Positions 43,480 through 56,057 of a stretch of DNA of 64,000 nucleotides are shown piece after piece (the first letter of the stretch is position 1; each line of letters starts with the position of its first letter). The notes under the pieces were generated by a model. That model saw only the letters and a program-made list of their open reading frames with translations, had not been told where the DNA came from and made no database searches. The position numbers and the translations under genes were made by a program. The DNA is taken from the NCBI RefSeq assembly GCF_964355755.1, contig NC_092676.1:13284771-13348770 (forward strand), written 5' to 3'. This stretch comes from Antedon mediterranea (lineage: Eukaryota > Animalia > Echinodermata).

Positions 43480-43515
<36 letters not shown>
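43480..43515 (+). repeat. A36 homopolymer (poly-T on the LINE strand) ~80 bp after the ORF2 stop
   Basis: Directly visible run of 36 A. Confidence 0.95.
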
Positions 43516-43517
<2 letters not shown>

Positions 43518-43596
43518 ATAGATTCATTATTCATGGTATCTCATTTACATATTTTCTTCCTTAATCTGGTTGAGCATATACAGTATACCTGCAGAT

Positions 43597-46500
43597 TTAC
43601 ATATTTCTTATCTTTTTTTCAGATTTAAACATTTGTAGGAGATTGATTTTTTTTTCATTTTCCAATAAACTTAATATCTTTACTTTATAAATACAAAATG
43701 CTCCTAAAGTGTATAATTTATTTACGTAATTATTGTCAGTTTCAAATAAAAGTCTTTTGAAAGAAAAAACAGGAATATGTATGCTTACTGCTCTAATTAT
43801 TTCGTTTATCTCTCTCCATAAACATCTTACTGTTATGCACTCTACTAACATATGTTTATCATTCTCAATAACATTGCATGTGTCACAACATGGGGAATTT
43901 ACAAGTCTCCACCTATGTAATCTTTCATTTGTTGGCAATATTCTGTGCAACAATTTAAAATTAAAATGTGCCAGTTTTTTTTCTTTAAGACCAGAAACTT
44001 TCTTAACCCATATTTTTGTCCATGGCATATTACCAAATATGGATTCCCACTTAACCTGTGCCGTAGGTGTAATATATTGAGCATCTATTATGAATCTATA
44101 TAATTGTCTAGACGTCATATTTAAGACCTTATTGTTTGTAATAGGTATATCATTTACATTAATGTCATGTGTTGATTTTAAAATACATTTCCATTCTTTT
44201 GGAATGGCTTTCAATATACATGAATATTCACTGATCCAATTTTGTGTACATCTTAACCTTCTTTTTATCTCTATCGCAGGCTTAAACACATTATTATTTA
44301 TTACATCATATATTTTTAAAAACCCTGAACTAATCCAGTTACAGTTATATAACGGCTTCTTTTTAATACATATAAACTCATTACCCCATAATGATTGATT
44401 AATAATGTCATCATAGCTTATTTGTTCCTTATTTAATCTATTATTACAAGCATTAGCTACTGCTATAGACTTAATAACTGAGAGGTAAAATGGTGGTACG
44501 GATATATTACACGGAACTTTTGATAAATTTGAGGTTAATGATTTTGGGCCTATCTTTTCTATATAAAATGTAGGTAAATATTTCCATTTGGCATCATCGT
44601 TTTCATACAGTCTCCTGTACCATTTAACTTGGAAAGATATTACCTGAGATCTGAATTCTACCATTTTTAGACCACCTTGACTGTAATTGGCACACATGGT
44701 TTTTCTTTTTATTTTCTCTTTCTTAGTTTCCCAAATGAATTAAAAAATTAATTTATCCACCTCTTTTATTACTTTTTCTGGTACTAGCAAAATGCAGGAA
44801 TTGTATATAATTTTTGAGAGCGCTAATGTTTTTACAATAGTAATTCTTCCAAAAAAAGTGAGGTGTCTTTTCTCCCATGTTTTTAGGGTATTTTCTAATG
44901 CGTCTATTTTTTCTTTCCAGTTCTTTTGATAACAATATTCCTTATCATGTCGAACATAGATACCTAATATCCGAATTGGTGTGGATGTCCAAGAAATGTT
45001 ACCATGTGTGTCCTTGCAGTCTCTTAAACTGCCAAGCCAAAAAGCATTTGTTTTATTCTTATTTAATTTTAATCCAGAAACCTCTCCAAACTTTTCAATA
45101 ATACTTATGCTGTTATCTATACTATTTATATCCTTTAGAAAAAGCACAGTGTCATCTGCTAGCTGTGCAATCTTAATATCTTTAAATATACCATTGCCTG
45201 CAGGAAAAATCAGGCCTTTGACCATATCACATGCTCTTATTTTTGTAGCTAGGACTTCAGCTACTAAAATAAACAATAGAGCAGACAAGGGACATCCTTG
45301 TCTAATACCTTGGTGCATTGCAAAACTTTCTGATTGCCAACCATTATTTGTGAATATACAATTTGTATTGTTATACAGTGCTTTTACCCAGTTCACAAAT
45401 GAAATACCAAAATTGAATTTATTTAAGGCTTCTATTAAAAATGATCTATTGACACTGTCAAATGCTTTTTGGAAATCTAAACTTATAAGTATACCTTCAA
45501 GCTGTTCATTTTGACCCTTTTTGGTCATTGTTTATTATATACTTTGCAACTCGATGTAATCTTGTTGTAAGAACAAAAGAAGCTATTTTGTAGTCAATAT
45601 TGAGTAAAGTGATAGGGCGCCAGTTATTTAAATCTTTGTGATCACCTTTTTTGTAAATAAGGTTGATTATTCCCCTTCTTTGTGACACAGACATTTCTTG
45701 TGTGGCAAAACCATAATTTAGTGCATCACAAACAAGGTCACAGATAAGGTACCAGAAGAGTTGATAAAACTCAACTGTTAAACCGTCACTGCCTGGAGCT
45801 TTATTTTTTTTCATTTTCTTTATTGCTTGCTCACATTCGAAGAGAGAGAGATGACCCTCACACATCTCTTGTTCTGCCTCTGTGAGTTTAGTTAAATTAA
45901 CATGAGATAGGTACTTATCAATTGATTTGTAAGGAACATCTTGTTTTGCATATATTTTTTTGAAGAAATTAACCTCTTCCTTCAATATCTCTGTGGAATT
46001 TGATATAATGGATCCGTCCTGTTTTTTTAATTTTTTAATATGTTTTTTATTACTATTATTTTTCTCTAAACCAAGAAAGTATTTAGTGTTTCGTTCGCCA
46101 TCTTCTATCCACTTTACTCTTGACCTAATTTGAGCGCCTTTAGCTTCCAATAGGTAAATTTGCTCAAGTTCATTCTTTTTTTGATCTAATTCTGTTTCAT
46201 ACTGGATATTATTATCAGTATTATCCTTTTTCATAATTAAATCATTAATGATAGCAATTTCCTGTTGAAGTATTTCTTTTCTTTTGCATTTATTTTTATT
46301 TTTCATTTTCCCATATTTTATGGAGAATTCCTTTATTTTTACTTTAATCATTTCCCATTTATCCTTTGGGTTAAGTTCTTCTAATCTAGCTCTTTCTATT
46401 ATGTTTTTGATGTTGTTTATATAATCTTCATTATCTAAGTGAGAATTGTTCATTTTCCATAATCCTGGGCCTCTTTCTTCATTAGTTAAACTTATTTTTA

Positions 46501-47083
46501 AGGATATGGCTTGGTGATCAGACATGATTGACGGCCTGATATCACATGTGTTAACATATTCACATAAGTCGTTAGATATAAAAAAATAGTCCAACCTTCT
46601 GTACGTTTGGGTGGATTTCCTTCGCCATGTGAATTGACATGTATCCGGGTTATTTTTTCTCCAGATGTCATTAAGATTCAGATTTTTCATAAAATGTGTT
46701 ATTGTAAAAACAGAATTATCTACTCTATCGACACTACCTTTTTGGTCAAATTTTCTGTCTAGAGCACAATTCATGTCACCACCTATAATTATTTTATCAT
46801 TTTTGCTTTCTTTGAAGTCAATAATTGTTTTATGTAAAGTCCTGAAGTAAGAACATCGATCTTTTACATAATTTGGGGCATATGAATTAACAAGAATGAA
46901 ATAGTTGTCATCTATTTCAACTCTTAGAAGTAAAAATCTACCATTAATATCTTTGTATTGTTTTGTTACCCTGTGTTGAATTTTACTAGATGTGGATGTT
47001 CCTCTACTGTGTGATGAGCCAAAGCAGTGGTAGGAATCACCTTGCCATATATCATTCAGTGACTGGGTTTTATCATTTGTCAA
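43597..47083 (-). pseudogene. LINE ORF2 (apurinic endonuclease - reverse transcriptase - C-terminal CCHC), broken into three pieces
   Basis: EN motifs DINGRF, NSYAPN, IIGGDMN, DIWR, FTW, RLDYFF, SDH. RT motifs KAPGSDG, NWRPITLLNIDYKI, LDFQKAFDSV, GIRQGCPLS, QLADD, GLKLNKNKT. C-terminal FKLLHRILPTN and CDTC-ENDKH-EC. Lesions: EN N-terminus missing, deletion plus frameshift at ~45510, in-frame TAA at 44742-44740. Confidence 0.95.
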
Positions 47084-48294
47084 ATGTTGATTTTTTTTTT
47101 GGTTTTCTGTGGTGGATTTTCTGGTGATGTTTCCTTTAAATCTTTTTCAGTTCTACTTTCATCAGTGGTAGCCCCTTTCCTTTCATTGTTACTTTTTGAG
47201 TTTTGAGTGGAAGAAACAAAAAAATCTGTTACCTTCTTCTGTTCTTTGCTTTCACTTGCTTCACTAATGGTCTTTTCCTCACTGTCCAAAATTATTATAT
47301 CTTTATCTTTTACATGTTCTTGTTCTTCATCAGATTCACTTCCGCTGCTGTCATCTGCAGTATCTTGTGAGCTGAACACTTCATCAATATCTACTTCTGT
47401 GTCTGAATTTGGGTTTGCATTATCATGTGATTTATCTTTATCTGTTATCTTTAAGTCTTTATCTGTTATTTGTTTTGGTATTGGAGTGTGCACAAATTAT
47501 TCCCACATACGGTTAATATATGCCCCTGTTGATCCCATTGAGTTGGCTGATATTTGCTGTTGGCCTATTTCATTGTTGCAAGTGCTCATAGTATGACCTT
47601 CTTGGTGACATTTAAAGCATACTCTATTAGCCTTACATTGATAAGCTTCGTGTCCATTTTTCAAGCATTTGTTACATTTGATCTCTTGTCCTTCGTGAAA
47701 CACACGAGCTTTGAAACCATTTAGAACGATTTGCCTAGGTATGGGGGATGACATTTTTTCAACAAAGACAGCCCTATCACCATTAAGCCAACTTGTCAGT
47801 TGTCCGTTGACTCTGATTTTTTGCCTCATTATATCACTTACTGGTTTGCAACCCAATGCTTTTAACCGGTTTGCTATCTCGGAGTCCGCTACAGACAACG
47901 GAATATCTTTAATGAGGATTCTCGTACTGTCCGTTTTGTTATATGCAAGATATGGATTAATGTCGAACACTGTGACATTACAATTTCTTATGTTAATACC
48001 GTTCGTTATTAGTTGCACTCTGTCTTTCCTATCATTGACATAGATTCTCCAGAGATTCCGGATTTTCTGAACACCTACGATCTGATCGGCGGGTATAATT
48101 TTTGTTAATGTAATGCATAGATCTTCATCTCTAAAGAACGATTTATCGGTTGGAATTTGGTCTGCTTTTAAAAACACCGGCTTCACACCTCCTTGTTGTT
48201 GCGTTGTTTGCATACCGGCTTTGTTTACTCGGTTGCTCGTAGCCCCCGCTGACTCTGTAGAAGCGGCGGGAGATTTCGGTTGATATGTAGCCAT
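47080..48294 (-). pseudogene. LINE ORF1 (gag-like nucleic-acid chaperone, two CCHC knuckles) with one in-frame stop
   Basis: ATG at 48294. CNKCLKNGHEAYQC and CFKCHQEGHTMSTC are CX2CX4HX4C knuckles. After TAA at 47499-47497 the same frame continues (TTT GTG CAC ACT CCA...) into an acidic/low-complexity tail to 47080. Confidence 0.88.
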
Positions 48295-48497
48295 TAAGCT
48301 ACGTTGGATTTTACACGTTAAACTTGAGTAAATTATCGTAAGATACCAAACGACAAACTTCTTTTTGTTCAGAATCCTTATGTAAAACAGGATTACTTAC
48401 TTAATCCTCGTTTTACAGTGAAATATGGTGTAAAAATAACTATTTTACTCAGAGCTTAGTTTGGCTTGTCACCTTGGTTTCCTGACCAGAGCGCCCT

Positions 48498-51400
48498 CTT
48501 TTTAACATAAAAACATCAAAGTGCTTAGAAATGCTTCAAATCGCATTTGGAGACGTTTTAGACCATTTTGTGATTTTCGAAAAATTTTTAACATAAAAAC
48601 ATCAAAGTGTACAAAATTGCTTCAAATCGCATGTAGAGACGTTTTAGACCATTTTGTGCATTTCGAAAAAATTTGTTAACATAAAAAGACCAAAGTGTTT
48701 AGAATATCTCCAAATCGCATTTGGAGACGTTTTAGACCATTTTGTGCATTTCGATGAAACTTGGTTACACAAAAACATCAAACTGCTTAAAATCACATTT
48801 ATAACCGTTTTAGAGCATTTTGAGCATTTTGGTAAAACATTTCACACACAAACATCAAAATGTACAAAATAGCTTCAAATCGCATTTAGAGAGGTTTTAG
48901 ACCATTTTGTGCATTTCGATAAAACTTTTCACACAAAAACATCAAATTGCACAAAATAGCTTAATATCGTGTTTGAAAACGTTTTAAACCGTTTTGAGCA
49001 AGTCGATTAAACTTTTCACACAAAAACATCAAAGTGCACAAAATAGCTTCAAATCGCATTTGGAGACGTTTTAGACCAATTTGTGCATTTCGAAAAAACT
49101 TTTTAACATAAAAACACCAAAGTGCTTAGAAATGCTTCAAATCGCATTTGGAGATGTTTTAGACCATTTTGTGCATTTCGATGAAACTTGGTTACACAAA
49201 ATATCAAGGTGTACAGAATAGCTTCAAATTGCATTTGGAGACGTTTTAGACCATTTTGTGCATTTCGATGAAACTTGGTTACACAAAAACATCAAAGTGC
49301 TTAAAATCACATTTAAAACAGTTTTAGAGCTTTTTAGCATTTCGATAAAACTTTTCACACAAAAACATCAAAGTGCACAAAATAGCTTCAAATCGCATTT
49401 AGAGACGTTTTATACCATTTTGTGCATTTCGATTATACTTGGTTACACAAAAACATCAAAGTGCTTAAAATCACATTTGACCGTTTTAGAGCATTTTGAG
49501 CATTTCGATAAAACTTTTCACACAAAAACAACAAAGTGCACAAAATAGCTTCAAATCGCATTTAGAGACGTTTTAGACAATTTTGTGCATTTCGATAAAA
49601 CTTTTTAACATAAAAACACCAAAGTGCACAAAATAGCTTAATATCGTGTTTGAAGACGTTTTAGACCATTTTGAGCATGTCAATAAAACTTTTGACACAA
49701 AAACATCAAAGTGCACCGAATAGCTTCAAATCGCATTCGGAGACGTTTTAGACCATTTTGTGATTTTCGAAAAAACTTTTTAACATAAAAAGACCAAAGT
49801 GTTTAGAATATCTTCAAATCGCATTTGGAGACGTTTTAGACCATTTGTGCATTTCGATGAAACTTGGTTACACAAAAACATCAAAGTGCTTAAAATCACA
49901 TTTAAAACCGTTTTAGAGCATTTTTAGCATTTCGATAAAACTTTTCACACAAAAACATCAAAGTGTACAAAATAGCTTCAAATCGCATTTAGAGAGGTGT
50001 TAGACCATTTTGTGCATTTCGATAAAACTTTTCACACAAAAACATCAAATTGCACAAAATAGCTTAATACCGTGTTTGAAATCGTTTTAAACCATTTTGA
50101 GCATGTCGGTAAAACTTTTCACACAAAAACATCAAAGTGCACAGAATAGCTTCAAATCGTATTTGGAGACGTTTTAGACCATTTTGTGCAATTCGATGAA
50201 ACTTGGTTACACAAAAACATCAAAGTGCATAAAATCACATTTGAAACCGTTTTAGACCATTTTGCCCATTTCGATAAAACTTTTCACACAAAAACATCAA
50301 AGTGCACAAAATAGCTTCAAATCGCATTTGGAGACGTTTTAGACCATTTTGTGCATTTCAAAAAAACTTGTTACCACAAAAACATCAAAGTACACAAAAT
50401 AGCTTCAAATCGCATTTGGAGACGTTTTAGACCATTTTGTGCATTTCGAAAAAACTTGTTAACACAAAACATCGAAGTGCTTAGAATAGCTTCAAATCGC
50501 ACTTGGAGACGTTTTAGACCATTTTGTGATTTTCGAAAAAAATTTTTAACATAAAAACACCAAAGTGCTTAGAAATGCTTCAAATCGCATTTAGAGACGT
50601 TTTAGACCATTTTGTGATTTTCGAAAAAAACTTTTTAACACAAAAACATCAAAGTGCTTAAAATCACATTTGACCGTTTTAGAGCATTTTGAGCATTTCG
50701 ATAAAATTTTTCACACGCAAATATCAAAGTGCACAAAATAACTTAATATCGTATTTGAATGCGTTTTAGACCATTTTGAGCATTTCGACAAAACTTTTTC
50801 AAACAAAATATCAAAGTGTACAGAATAGCTTCAACTTGCATTTGGAGACGTTTTAGACCATTTTGTGCATTTCGATAAAACGTGTTAACATAAAAAGACC
50901 AAAGTGTTTAGAATATCTTCAAATCGCATTTGGAGACGTTTTAGACCATTTTGTGCATTTCGATGAAACTTGGTTACACAAAAACATCAAAGTGCTTAAA
51001 ATCACATTTAAAACCGTTTTAGAGCATTTTGAGCATTTCGATAAAACTTTTCACACAAAAACATCAAAGTGTACAAAATAGCTTCAAATCGCATTTAGAG
51101 AGGGTTTAGACCATTTTGTGCATTTCGATAAAACTTTTCACACAAAAACATCAAATTGCACAAAATAGCTTAATACCGTGTTTGAAATCGTTTTAAACCA
51201 TTTTGAGCATGTCGATAAAACTTTTCACACAAAAACATCAAAGTGCACAAAATAGCTTCAAATCGCATTTGGAGACGTTTTAGACCATTTTGTGCATTTC
51301 GAAAAAACTTTTTAACATAAAAACACCAAAGTGCTTAGAAATGCTTCAAATCGCATTTGGAGATGTTTTAGACCATTTTGTGCATTTCGATGAAATTTGG

Positions 51401-53321
51401 TTACACAAAAACATCAAAGTGCTTAAAATCACATTTGAAACCGTTTTAGACCATTTTGAGCATTTCGATAAAACTTTTCACACAAAAACATCAAAGTGTA
51501 CAAAATAGCTTCAAATCGCATTTAGAGACGTTTTAGACCATCTTGTGCATTTCGAAAAAATTTGTTAACATAAAAAGACCAAAGTGTTTAGAATATCTCC
51601 AAATCGCATTGAGAGACGTTTTAGAACATTTTGTGCATTTCGATGAAACTTGGTTACACAAAAACATCAAAGTGCTTAAAATCACATTTAAAACCGTTTT
51701 AGAGCATTTTGAGCATTTCGATAAAACTTTTCACACAAAAACATCAAAGTGTACAAAATAGCTTCAAATCGCATTTAGAGACGTTTTAGACCATCTTGTG
51801 CATTTCGAAAAAATTTGTTAACATAAAAAGACCAAAGTGTTTAGAATATCTCCAAATCGCATTTGGAGACGTTTTAGACCATTTTGTGCATTTCGATGAA
51901 ACTTGGTTACACAAAAACATCAAAGTGCTTAAAATCACATTTAAAACCGTTTTAGAGCATTTTGAGCATTTTGTATAACACTTTTTACACAAAAACATCA
52001 AAGTGTACAAAATAGCTTCAAATCGCATTTAGAGAGGTTTTAGACCATTTTGTGCATTTCGATGAAACTTGGTTACACAAAAACATCAAAGTGCTTAAAA
52101 TCACATTTGACCGTTTTAGAGCATTTTGAGCATTTCGATAAAACTTTTCACACAAAAACATCAAAGTGCACAAAATAGCTTCAAGTCGCATTTAGAGACG
52201 TTTTAGACCATTTTGTGCATTTCGATAAAACTTTTCACACAAAAACATCAAATTGCACAAAATAGCTTAATACCGTGTTTTAAATCGTTTTAAACCATTT
52301 TGAGCATGTCGATAAAACTTTTCACACAAAAACATCAAAGTGCACAGAATAGCTTCAAATCGCATTTGGAGACGTTTTAGACCATTTTGTGCATTTCGAA
52401 AAAAACTTTTTAACATAAAAACACCGAAGTGCTTAGAAATGCTTCAAATCGCATTTAGAGACGTTTTATACCATTTTGTGCATTTCGATGAATCTTGGTT
52501 ACACAAAAACATCAAAGTGCTTAAAATCACATTTGACCGTTTTAGAGCATTTTGAGCATTTCGATAAAACTTTTCACACAAAAACATCAAAGTGCACAAA
52601 ATAGCTTGAAATCGCATTTAGAGACGTTTTAGAAAATGTTGTGCATTTTGATAAAACTTTTCACACAGAAACATCAAATTGCACAAAATAGCTTAATACC
52701 GTGTTTGAAATCGTTTTAAACCATTTTGAGCATGTCGATAAAACTTTTCACACAAAAACATCAAAGTGCACAAAATAGCTTCAAATCGCATTTAGAGACG
52801 TTTTAGACCATTTTGTGCATTTCGATAAAACTTTTCACACAAAAACATCAAATTGCACAAAATAGCTTAATACCGTGTTTGAAATCGTTTTAAACCATTT
52901 TGAGCATGTCGATAAAACGTTTCACACAAAAACATCAAAGTGCTTAGAAATGCTTCAAATCGCATTTGGAGATGTTTTAGACCATTTTGTGCATTTCGAT
53001 GAAACTTGGTTACACAAAATATCAAGGTGTACAGAATAGCTTCAAATTGCATTTGGAGACGTTTTAGACCATTTTGTGCATTTCGAAAAAATGTGTTAAC
53101 ATAAAAAGACCAAAGTGTTTAGAATATCTTCAAATGGCATTTGGTGGCGTTTTAGACCACTTTGTGCATTTCGATTTCACAAACAAATGCACAAAATAGC
53201 TTAATATCGTATTTGAAAGCGTTTTAGACCATTTTGAGCATTTCGATAAAACTTTTCACAAAAAAACATCAAAGTGTACAACATAGCTTCAAATCGCATT
53301 TAGAGACGTTTTAGACCATTT
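48498..53321 (+). repeat. Satellite DNA array, block 2 (same family and orientation, more diverged)
   Basis: Same monomers resume in phase after the LINE and end at ...ttagaccattt (53321). Confidence 0.97.
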
Positions 53322-53651
53322 CACCCGATTCTGCTACTGTCCACTGGTGCTATCTGTAAAACTATAGCAAGTTATACACGTTGCTGTCTGCTATAAAAAC
53401 TGTACTTTTAACACACGGTACACTGTCTGTAGCACAGTGTGTGTTGACAATTTACAATGATGTACAACCATAGGCAGGTTTTCGTACTGCCATGCAAGAA
53501 TGGATGTGTTTTCCGCCGCTTTTAGGCCTTCTAGTCAATTATTGTTATTATTATACGAATTACGTAATTAGTCTAGTAGCTCATCTACCTTTTTAGCAGG
53601 GCATAATGAATATTGTAGCTAGGCTAGGCCTACTAGTCTAGCGGGAAATCA

Positions 53652-54222
53652 ACCAATTATTTGGTTGGATACGAGTTTAGGGTAGGAAGTTAAGTACGAG
53701 TTGGCATGGGTACGAGTCGACCTGGGGTGAATCGACCAGAGTACACCCGGCCGTCCTACTAGAGCATAGGCTACAGGCCTGCAGGAATGGGAAATCTGTC
53801 CTAGCTATAGGCATAGGCCTACATTGGGACGCCCAAAAAAGCCATCCTATGAGCATAAAAAGGCCTCGTAGAGCCAGACATGTTAACATATACTACACTA
53901 CTAGTACGTCTACCATTTATTATAGTTCCATGGTACTACGGATCACTACTATCTAGGTCTAGTCTAGTAGGCTAGGGTAGGGTTCCAGTAATTTCGGTCG
54001 CGTTTTTTCAGGAGGGCATGTGAGAGGGGAGGTAGGTTAGCCAAGCTAGGCTAAACTAACATGTAAGAAGTATTCTACCCTTGGATGGGAACGAGTCGGC
54101 ATGGGGGTACGGGTTGATCTTTATCCGTATTCTAGGGTGCTGGTCAACCCGTAACGTACCCATGTCAACTCGTACCAAACTTGGCTAACTCGTACCCAAA
54201 TAATTGGTCAACTCGTACCAAT
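53652..54222. repeat. Small degenerate foldback/MITE-like structure built from GGGTACGAGTTG modules
   Basis: 53652-53722 (accaattatttgg...gtacgagttggcatgggtacgagtcgacc) is an imperfect reverse complement of 54142-54210 (ggtcaacccg...gtacccatgtcaactcgtacc...ccaaataattggt). Additional modules at ~54089-54120. Confidence 0.65.
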
Positions 54223-55311
54223 AGCTTTATAGCTTTATTGATAGCTGGGTTCAAATCTAGGTTGGGACGGTTTTTTCTCATTCTAAAACAGATTTCCTTA
54301 GGCCTATAATAATAAAATAATATCGACCTATGAATTTAACTGTAATATTGTATTGTATACATAATATTAGTAGTAATAGTAATTCCCATTGCATTTATTA
54401 TTATAATATATTTTACGGTTACCCCTTAATTATACTATATAACTTCCTTGTTATATTTTACAATATTTTCTTCATAATTCAACATTTTTTTTTCACAGCT
54501 AATTATCAAACTGAATCATCACACACCAAATCTCATGAAATCTCTAGTGTATTTCTCCAAGCTAATCCAGCTACATGGTATTGCCTTGAGGCTAAACTAC
54601 ACTGTATACTGGGCACTACCATCATTCCTGGCCCGTCAACCTGGACCACATTATGGTCCAGCAGTCGTGTACTACTAATTCCAAATAGTGAATTACATCC
54701 TGTGGTCAAGGATTTATTTGCACTTATGCTTATTTCCTCCAACATACAGAGTACGTAGGGCTTTTAATTTGCTTTTATACCTGTTAATTAAAAAATCGTT
54801 TATGCCTATTGTTGCATAAAGATCAAATTTAGACTGTAAATACTGGGATGATCACCCTAAATTTTCTTTTTCATTTAACAATTTTATATTTCACAGCCAG
54901 AAAAAAGCATACAGGGTTTTTTTTATTCATAACTGTTGAATTGCATCCTAATACATGGTACCTATTGGTATTATATCTATAATAATAAAGTACTCTCTTA
55001 TAAATAGATGTATCTCTCCAAACTACTCCAACTACCTAATCTAATAATAGTACTATTAGCATACTACTGTACACTTTGTAGACAAGAAATAAGTTGTATC
55101 CACCTAGAGGACTTATGTTAGTACTGTACAGTCGATTGTCCTCTCACTGGTCTGGTCAACATAATCTACGCCTAGATTATTACAGTAATTAAAGTACATT
55201 ATTACAGAGATTTTTTTTTTCAGAAATCAAAGTTATGTGTATAGAAAGCAGTACTCATATTAACAAGGCCAACAGCCATTAAGTCGCGTGCTACAATGCA
55301 TAGTGATACCG

Positions 55312-55391
55312 GACCAACAGACAGACCGACAGACCGACAGACAGACCAACAGACCGACAGACCGACAGACAGACAGACCGACCGACCGACA
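55312..55391 (+). repeat. (GACA/GACC)n microsatellite, copy 1
   Basis: gaccaacagacagaccgacagaccgacagacagacc... Confidence 0.9.
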
Positions 55392-55989
55392 TAGTGAACT
55401 ATACTGACCGAAATTACTGAACATGTTTAAAAATGTTGAAATGTTTAAAAACATTTATATTTTTTTAATTTACACGTGTGTAGCCTGTCACTTTTGACGT
55501 GCTCGTATAACGTAATTTCGAGTTGAAAAGTAAGTCAAGAAAACAGAAATCGGGCAAAAAGAGTGCGCAATAACATTTAATGCGCAGTGCGCGCGCAAAA
55601 AAATTTCCGCACTCATGGCAATTTTGTAAACGCTTAAAATTGCCTGAAACGTACTCTTATTTCATCGAAAATAAATTTTGAAAATTTTAAGCGCGCGTAC
55701 GCATGCATTACATGCGCTACGCACGTAATTGTATTGCCATATGATGATTTATGCCCTGAAATTTATGAGTACCAAATTTTATTTAATTGTGATTCATGGT
55801 TGTGAAGATATGATTACAAACGTGATTTCGTTAAATCGTGCGTAGACCACGTAATTTTTTATTGCGCACCGTGAAAACTTAACCACATTGATTCCTGGCC
55901 ATAAGGAATATACTGTGAAAAATTGACCTAGCTAGATTAAACTGATATCAAGATAAGGTCAGAAAGCGATAACACGCATAGTGATACCG

Positions 55990-56005
55990 GACCGACAGAC
56001 AGACC

Positions 56006-56040
<35 letters not shown>

Positions 56041-56057
56041 CGACCAACCGACCGACA
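55990..56057 (+). repeat. (GACA/GACC)n microsatellite, copy 2
   Basis: gaccgacagacagaccgacagacagacagac... Confidence 0.9.

Larger units (their letters stand above)
42207..48497 (-). mobile_element. Near full-length non-LTR retrotransposon, L1/Tx1 clade, inactivated
   Basis: Minus-strand order: ~200-bp 5' UTR starting AGGGCGCTCTGG, ORF1 with zinc knuckles, ORF2 (APE-RT-CCHC), ~1.37-kb 3' UTR, AATAAA and poly(A) (T14 at 42207-42220). Satellite phase continues across the insertion (cgaaaaaac...ctttttaacataaaaac), with a probable short TSD CTTTTT (42206-42211 / 48498-48503). Confidence 0.95.

Noticed and set aside
42189-43518. F/Y/I/L- and K-rich ORFs in the LINE 3' UTR
   Set aside because: Compositional artefacts of T-rich sequence and the A36 run.
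45150-45170. LADD instead of YADD as a novel RT active site
   Set aside because: The catalytic DD is intact, and substitutions at the Y position (F/L/M) are known in invertebrate L1/Tx1-type RTs, so this is not distinctive on its own.
47494-47499. Programmed stop-codon readthrough in ORF1
   Set aside because: The copy has several other inactivating lesions, so a nonsense mutation is the simpler explanation unless the family consensus shares the TAA.
43733-48043. Plus-strand ORFs overlapping the LINE (e.g. 44981-45514, 47207-47596, 47711-48043)
   Set aside because: Antisense shadows of ORF1/ORF2 with no motifs.
55260-55454. ORF with repeated SVGLSVCR
   Set aside because: Translation of the GTCT/GTCG microsatellite.
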